Positions 5,623 to 9,188 of a DNA stretch of 9,188 nt are shown here, one piece after another (the first letter of the stretch is position 1; every line of letters begins with the position of its first letter). Below the pieces are notes generated by a model, which was not told where the DNA came from, did not search any database, and worked only from the letters and a program-made list of their open reading frames with translations. Made by a program: the position numbers and the translations under genes. Source of the stretch: Nanopusillaceae archaeon (GTDB lineage Archaea > Nanobdellota > Nanobdellia > Nanobdellales > Nanobdellaceae); NCBI GenBank assembly GCA_049973735.1, contig JBMFJL010000021.1, forward strand, positions 1-9,188, in the 5' to 3' direction.

Positions 5623-6635
5623 TTATTTATTTCTCTTATGAAGTAATCTTTTATTGCCGGGACCGCATCATAAACAAATTTACCTTTAACCTTAGTCCTT
5701 ATCAAATATTTTGACTCCACCATTCTTTTTAATATATTAGATATTGCATGTATTGTTGTATCAGGATATCTTTCCCTAAACAATTTCAATAATTCATTTA
5801 CAGTTTTTGGACCATATTTTGTCAATAATTCAATTATATATCTTTGTTTTTCTGTTAATTTCAATATATCTGTAGGAGGTCTCTTTGCCTCATATATTTT
5901 ATCTACTATCTGTTTGTCTACAATATTTTTTCTTTCTCTATATGCAATTAATAATGCCTCATATGAATATTTTAAAATTTCTCTTGGTAATCCTCCTGCT
6001 AAATGATATATTTCTTCAATCGCTTCATCTGTAAATAGATTCGGATTACCTGCGAGCTCTAATCTTTTTTTAACTAATAATTTTCCACTTTTTGGATCTA
6101 AAGATTTCAGATATATTTTAGTTAATATTCTTTCATATAGCGTTCTATGTTCTTTTATCAATTTTTCTTCAAATTCTGGCAAACCTGATAATATAAATGT
6201 ACACTTTGTCTGATCTGATAATACCTTAATCCATTCTAACATTTCATGACTAAAAAATGTTGCTTCATCAAGAAAAATTACTAAATTCTTTTTGTTTAGA
6301 TAATTTATTAAATCAAATTGTTTTATTTTATATATAAATCTTTCAAATAATGTAAATCTACTCTTTATATATTCCTCAAATTCTTCTTTTTCATTAAATG
6401 GTTTGTAAATATAAATTTTATTTTTTATATTTATATTTTTATATATCCAGAGAAGTAATGTAGTTTTTCCAGCACCTGTAGGACCAGAAACAAGAATTAT
6501 TTTCTCTCTGTTATTTATTGCGTTTATTAATTTTTCTCTTTCTAGATCATACCCTACAAATGTCTCCAAAATTACTTCTAATTTAAATGGATTATCCTTT
6601 AAATTGAAGAATTTTAGCATTTCTATATTATTCAT
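5619..6635 (-). CDS. AAA+ ATPase (ExeA/AAA_22-like, Orc1/Cdc6-like architecture) with C-terminal winged-helix DNA-binding domain
   Basis: Walker A GPTGAGKT (6462-6485, checked against the DNA), Walker B VIFLDEA (6261-6281), sensor-1-like FILSG. The ExeA-like N-terminus is FFNLKDNPF, and the lid region is LYERI...YLKSL...FTDEAIEEIYHLAGGLPREI. The C-terminal ~70 aa (5661-5861) read as a MarR/TrmB-like wHTH (LTEKQRYIIELLTKYGPKTVNELLKL...ISNILKRMVESKYLIRTKVKGKFVY). Its stop overlaps the ttuA start (ATGA). Confidence 0.8.
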   Translation of the reverse strand: MNNIEMLKFFNLKDNPFKLEVILETFVGYDLEREKLINAINNREKIILVSGPTGAGKTTLLLWIYKNINIKNKIYIYKPFNEKEEFEEYIKSRFTLFERFIYKIKQFDLINYLNKKNLVIFLDEATFFSHEMLEWIKVLSDQTKCTFILSGLPEFEEKLIKEHRTLYERILTKIYLKSLDPKSGKLLVKKRLELAGNPNLFTDEAIEEIYHLAGGLPREILKYSYEALLIAYRERKNIVDKQIVDKIYEAKRPPTDILKLTEKQRYIIELLTKYGPKTVNELLKLFRERYPDTTIHAISNILKRMVESKYLIRTKVKGKFVYDAVPAIKDYFIREINK

Positions 6636-6660
6636 ATTAATTTAATCATTGTAAAAAATG

Positions 6661-6670
6661 TTATTAAATA
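6661..6670 (-). promoter_or_regulatory. TATA-box candidate for the AAA+ ATPase operon (minus strand TATTTAATAA)
   Basis: On the minus strand this lies at -35 to -26 relative to the ATG at 6635, consistent with a very short or absent leader. Confidence 0.3.
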
Positions 6671-6701
6671 TTCTAAAACAAATAAGAATACTTTATTGTG
6701 T

Positions 6702-7664
6702 ATGTCTAGAAAATTTTTAAAATTTTATTTTGGTATAACTACTATGTCATTAGAAGAACGTATAAAAAATTATATAAAAGAATCATACTATTCAGTTAAG
6801 GATAGATTAGAAGATATATTTAGAGAATTTGATATAAATGAAAAATATATTGAGAATTTTATAGCAATATATAAATTTGGAAATGAATTTAAAGAATACA
6901 ATATAACAAAAAATGAATACAAAACAATAAATTTGGATCTTCTTTTGAAAAACATTTATAAAGATCTCGATGACAAAATAACAGTTGAAAAACGTAATTC
7001 AAATCTTTATATAATAATTGGAGATGGTTATTTAGATAAAGCAATAAATAATCAAACAAGACCTTTGGAGATTGTAATGCTTCATGAAATATTACATATT
7101 ATACTAAGAGAAAAGATACCAATAACCCATCCAAGCGCTTGGGTTGATAATTATGAGTTTTACATATATAAAAATCTCAATATCAAAAGAATTCTTATGT
7201 ATATTGGCGAATTATTTACAGAAATCTTTACCTATTTGATTTATAGAATGAAAGGAGACAAAAAATCGATAGATAAGTTAAATAAATATGTTCAATCACG
7301 CATAAAAGATTTGAAAGAAAGAATAGACCTATATCTATTAAAATACAAAGAATTTGAAGAATCTAATGATAAGCAAGATAGAAAGAGGATAAGTGAAGAA
7401 TTGTATAAAATTGGAAAGAAGTTAGGATATGATATTCCATACGTTTTAGGTCTCTTCTTAGCAGAGGAATTATATAAAAGATATGGTAATGAAAGTATAA
7501 AAATATTAAAGGAAAGATTAATTGAAGCTCAAAAATATTATGAAATTAATAAGAGAACTCCAGAAATTACAGAAATAATAGATAAAGATATATTTAATGA
7601 AGCAAGAAATAACCTATATAAAATATTGGGAAAGGAAGCTGTAGATATTTTAAGTAGAGAATAA
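6702..7664 (+). CDS. Hypothetical protein with HExxH motif, putative zinc metallopeptidase (gluzincin-like), long K/E-rich helical C-terminus
   Basis: HEILH is encoded at 7083-7097 (cat gaa ata tta cat, checked) in the context RPLEIVMLHEILHIIL. Candidate third ligands are H in THPSAW 11 residues later, or E in GELFTEIFTY about 40 residues later. There is no signal peptide or TM helix. The track start at 6696 is a TTG. ATG 6702 is used here and ATG 6744 is an equally plausible start. Confidence 0.6.
   Translation: MSRKFLKFYFGITTMSLEERIKNYIKESYYSVKDRLEDIFREFDINEKYIENFIAIYKFGNEFKEYNITKNEYKTINLDLLLKNIYKDLDDKITVEKRNSNLYIIIGDGYLDKAINNQTRPLEIVMLHEILHIILREKIPITHPSAWVDNYEFYIYKNLNIKRILMYIGELFTEIFTYLIYRMKGDKKSIDKLNKYVQSRIKDLKERIDLYLLKYKEFEESNDKQDRKRISEELYKIGKKLGYDIPYVLGLFLAEELYKRYGNESIKILKERLIEAQKYYEINKRTPEITEIIDKDIFNEARNNLYKILGKEAVDILSRE
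6714..6722 (+). promoter_or_regulatory. TATA-box candidate (TTTTTAAAA) that would serve a leaderless start at ATG 6744
   Basis: Centred 26 nt upstream of the ATG at 6744. This is the same spacing seen for nnrD, the GTPase gene and rpoN. If real, the HExxH protein starts at MSLEER (6744) rather than at 6696 or 6702. Confidence 0.3.
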
Positions 7665-7673
7665 TAATTTATA

Positions 7674-7696
7674 TTTTTAATTATTGAATATTTTTT
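7674..7696 (+). terminator. Oligo-T tracts (T5 at 7674-7678, T6 at 7691-7696) downstream of the HExxH gene
   Basis: They sit in the 82-bp convergent spacer between the HExxH gene and rmlD. An archaeal oligo-T termination signal is plausible but not specific in AT-rich DNA. Confidence 0.25.
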
Positions 7697-7746
7697 AACC
7701 TTAAAAAATATATACATTAGTAACTGACAGAAAATTTTATTATAAT

Positions 7747-8625
7747 TTATATTTTTGAAAAATATTCTTTTAAATATCTATACAAGCCGTCTTCCCAATT
7801 TGGCATTCTCAAGCCCAAAGAATGTAATCTACTATTTTCTAATGCAGAAAATTTAGGTCTTTTAGCACGTAAATTTAAATCATCAGATTTAATGGGAATA
7901 ATTTCTTTATCTATATTTAAATATTCTAATATTTTTTTAGCAAGATTGTACCAAGATGTATAGCCCTCATTTACGCAATGATAAACCCCATAATCTGGTC
8001 GTATTTCAATTATTTTTTCTAACATATTTGCTACATCTTTTGTATATGTAGGACTCATTACTATGTCGTCTACAACTTTTATTTCCTCATTATTTTTTGC
8101 TTTATTTATTATTTTATCTACAAAATTTCCTCCTTTTTGTTTTGAACCATATTTTCCATATAAACTTGCTACCCTTATTATATAATATCTTTTAGAATAG
8201 TTTTGTGTAAATATTTCTCCTAAATATTTTGATATGCCATAAATATTTATTGGATTAGGTTTATCTTCTTCAGTATACGGTGAATTTTTATTACCATCAA
8301 ATACAAAATCTGTACTTATATATATATTTAAAGCATTAATTTTATTAGAAAGTTTTGCAATATATAGTGCTCCGTAAGAATTTACTCTAAATGCATTTTC
8401 AATATCATCTTCTGCTTTATCTACATCTGTATATCCTGCTGTATTTATAATTATGTCTGGTTTTATTTCTTCTAGTTTTTTCAAATTACTTTCTATTGTT
8501 ATATCTAGATCTTGATGGGATAAGGGTATAACTTTGAAATTTTCATTTTTTTTAAATTCCTCTATTATATCAGAACCTAATTGTCCGGTTCCTATTACAG
8601 CGATTTTAATTTTAGAATAATTCAT
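7747..8625 (-). CDS. rmlD: dTDP-4-dehydrorhamnose reductase
   Basis: N-terminal Rossmann motif KIAVIGTGQLGSDI, catalytic YGISKYLGE (YxxxK), and full-length collinearity with RmlD/RfbD. The track start at 8634 is TTG (MQK). The ATG at 8625 (MNYSKIKIAVIG) is the more likely start. Confidence 0.9.
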   Translation of the reverse strand: MNYSKIKIAVIGTGQLGSDIIEEFKKNENFKVIPLSHQDLDITIESNLKKLEEIKPDIIINTAGYTDVDKAEDDIENAFRVNSYGALYIAKLSNKINALNIYISTDFVFDGNKNSPYTEEDKPNPINIYGISKYLGEIFTQNYSKRYYIIRVASLYGKYGSKQKGGNFVDKIINKAKNNEEIKVVDDIVMSPTYTKDVANMLEKIIEIRPDYGVYHCVNEGYTSWYNLAKKILEYLNIDKEIIPIKSDDLNLRAKRPKFSALENSRLHSLGLRMPNWEDGLYRYLKEYFSKI

Positions 8626-9166
8626 TTTTTGCAATTAATTCTTTTAATGTTGGCCACTTTTTATCTTTTTCTGATAATATAGGATTGTCAATTGGCCAGC
8701 TTATATTTACATCTTTATCATTCCATATTAATCCTCCCTCATCCCTTGGAGAATAAATATTATCTACAAAGTATAGTACTTCTGCAAAATCGCTCAATAC
8801 TAAAAACCCATGTGCGAATCCTCTAGGAATATATAACATATATCTATTATATTCAGATAGAATGTATCCTACCCATTTCCCAAACGTTGGAGAATTTTTT
8901 CTTAAATCAACTGCCACATCAAATATTATACCTCTAATACAGGTAACAATTTTTGCTTGAGCATAATCTCCTTTTTGAAAGTGTAAACCTCTTAGTACAC
9001 CATATTTAGATCTAGATAAATTTACTTGAACAATATTAAAATTAATTATATTTTTAATATCTTGATCTTTAAATAATTCCATAAAAAAACCTCTTTCATC
9101 TTCAAATTTTTTTGGTTTAATTAGAATAACATCGGGAATCTCCAATCTTATAAATTCGAATGGCAT
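8612..9166 (-). CDS. rmlC: dTDP-4-dehydrorhamnose 3,5-epimerase
   Basis: IPDVILIKPKKFEDERGFFMELF, LRGLHFQ and PRGFAHGF are typical cupin RmlC/RfbC blocks. ATG at 9164-9166. The 3' end overlaps the rmlD start by 14 nt (23 nt if the TTG start is used). Confidence 0.9.
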   Translation of the reverse strand: MPFEFIRLEIPDVILIKPKKFEDERGFFMELFKDQDIKNIINFNIVQVNLSRSKYGVLRGLHFQKGDYAQAKIVTCIRGIIFDVAVDLRKNSPTFGKWVGYILSEYNRYMLYIPRGFAHGFLVLSDFAEVLYFVDNIYSPRDEGGLIWNDKDVNISWPIDNPILSEKDKKWPTLKELIAKNELF

Positions 9167-9167
9167 T

Positions 9168-9188
9168 TTACCATTTATATTTCCAAGG
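9168..9188 (-). CDS. 3' end of an unidentified upstream gene running off the window (last residues PWKYKW, stop TAA at 9168-9170)
   Basis: The minus-strand frame is open to the window edge and ends one nucleotide before the rmlC ATG. By context it could be another rml gene, but six residues cannot support a product call. Confidence 0.3.
   Translation of the reverse strand, partial: PWKYKW

Noticed and set aside
5033-5714. Three plus-strand ORFs (5033-5278, 5342-5566, 5514-5714) antisense to ttuA and the ATPase 3' end
   Set aside because: These are shadow ORFs opposite strongly supported genes. The translations are S/L/F/I/P/Y-rich with no motifs, and two of them overlap each other in different frames.
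6636-6743. Possible replication origin next to the Orc1/Cdc6-like ATPase
   Set aside because: The spacer is only 60-108 bp. It contains only A/T-only pseudo-palindromes of the kind expected by chance. I could not find G-containing ORB-like inverted repeats flanking an unwinding element. The ATPase N-terminus also looks more ExeA-like than Orc1-like.
1-9188. Mobile element, prophage or CRISPR signatures
   Set aside because: I found no integrase, transposase or Cas-like ORF, no regularly spaced repeats, no tRNA gene that could serve as an att site, and no long direct or inverted terminal repeats. Only short A/T-only repeats are present, and these are uninformative at this base composition.

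Overview
This is a very AT-rich, tightly packed archaeal locus. The archaeal assignment rests on RNA polymerase subunit N/Rpo10 and on TATA-like boxes about 25-30 nt upstream of start codons with no Shine-Dalgarno motifs. By my own tally about 91% of the window is coding, with ten solid CDSs and four gene overlaps. I found no rRNA, tRNA, C/D-box sRNA, CRISPR array, transposase or integrase.

Recognisable housekeeping genes:
- stand-alone NAD(P)HX dehydratase (nnrD)
- YchF/Obg-type GTPase with a TGS domain
- rpoN
- TtuA-type tRNA 2-thiolation PP-loop enzyme
- overlapping rmlD and rmlC (dTDP-rhamnose pathway), with the operon running off the right edge

Parts that ordinary annotation does not explain:
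1. A translationally coupled minus-strand operon (6635 to 4283) with ATGA and TAATG junctions. It encodes an ExeA/Orc1-like AAA+ ATPase with a C-terminal winged helix, then TtuA, then a 4-TM protein.
2. A divergently transcribed orphan protein carrying an HExxH zinc-protease motif (6702..7664). It shares a short bidirectional promoter region with that ATPase.
3. A 472-aa orphan protein (391..1809) with no motif I can recognise.
4. A 390-bp apparently non-coding left flank that holds two converging mini-ORFs.

The best candidate for an undescribed system is the block 4283..7664, but the functional link is inference only. TtuA by itself looks like a normal tRNA-modification enzyme. The ORF track translates TTG as M. 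For two ORFs (6696 and 8634) a downstream ATG is the more likely start.
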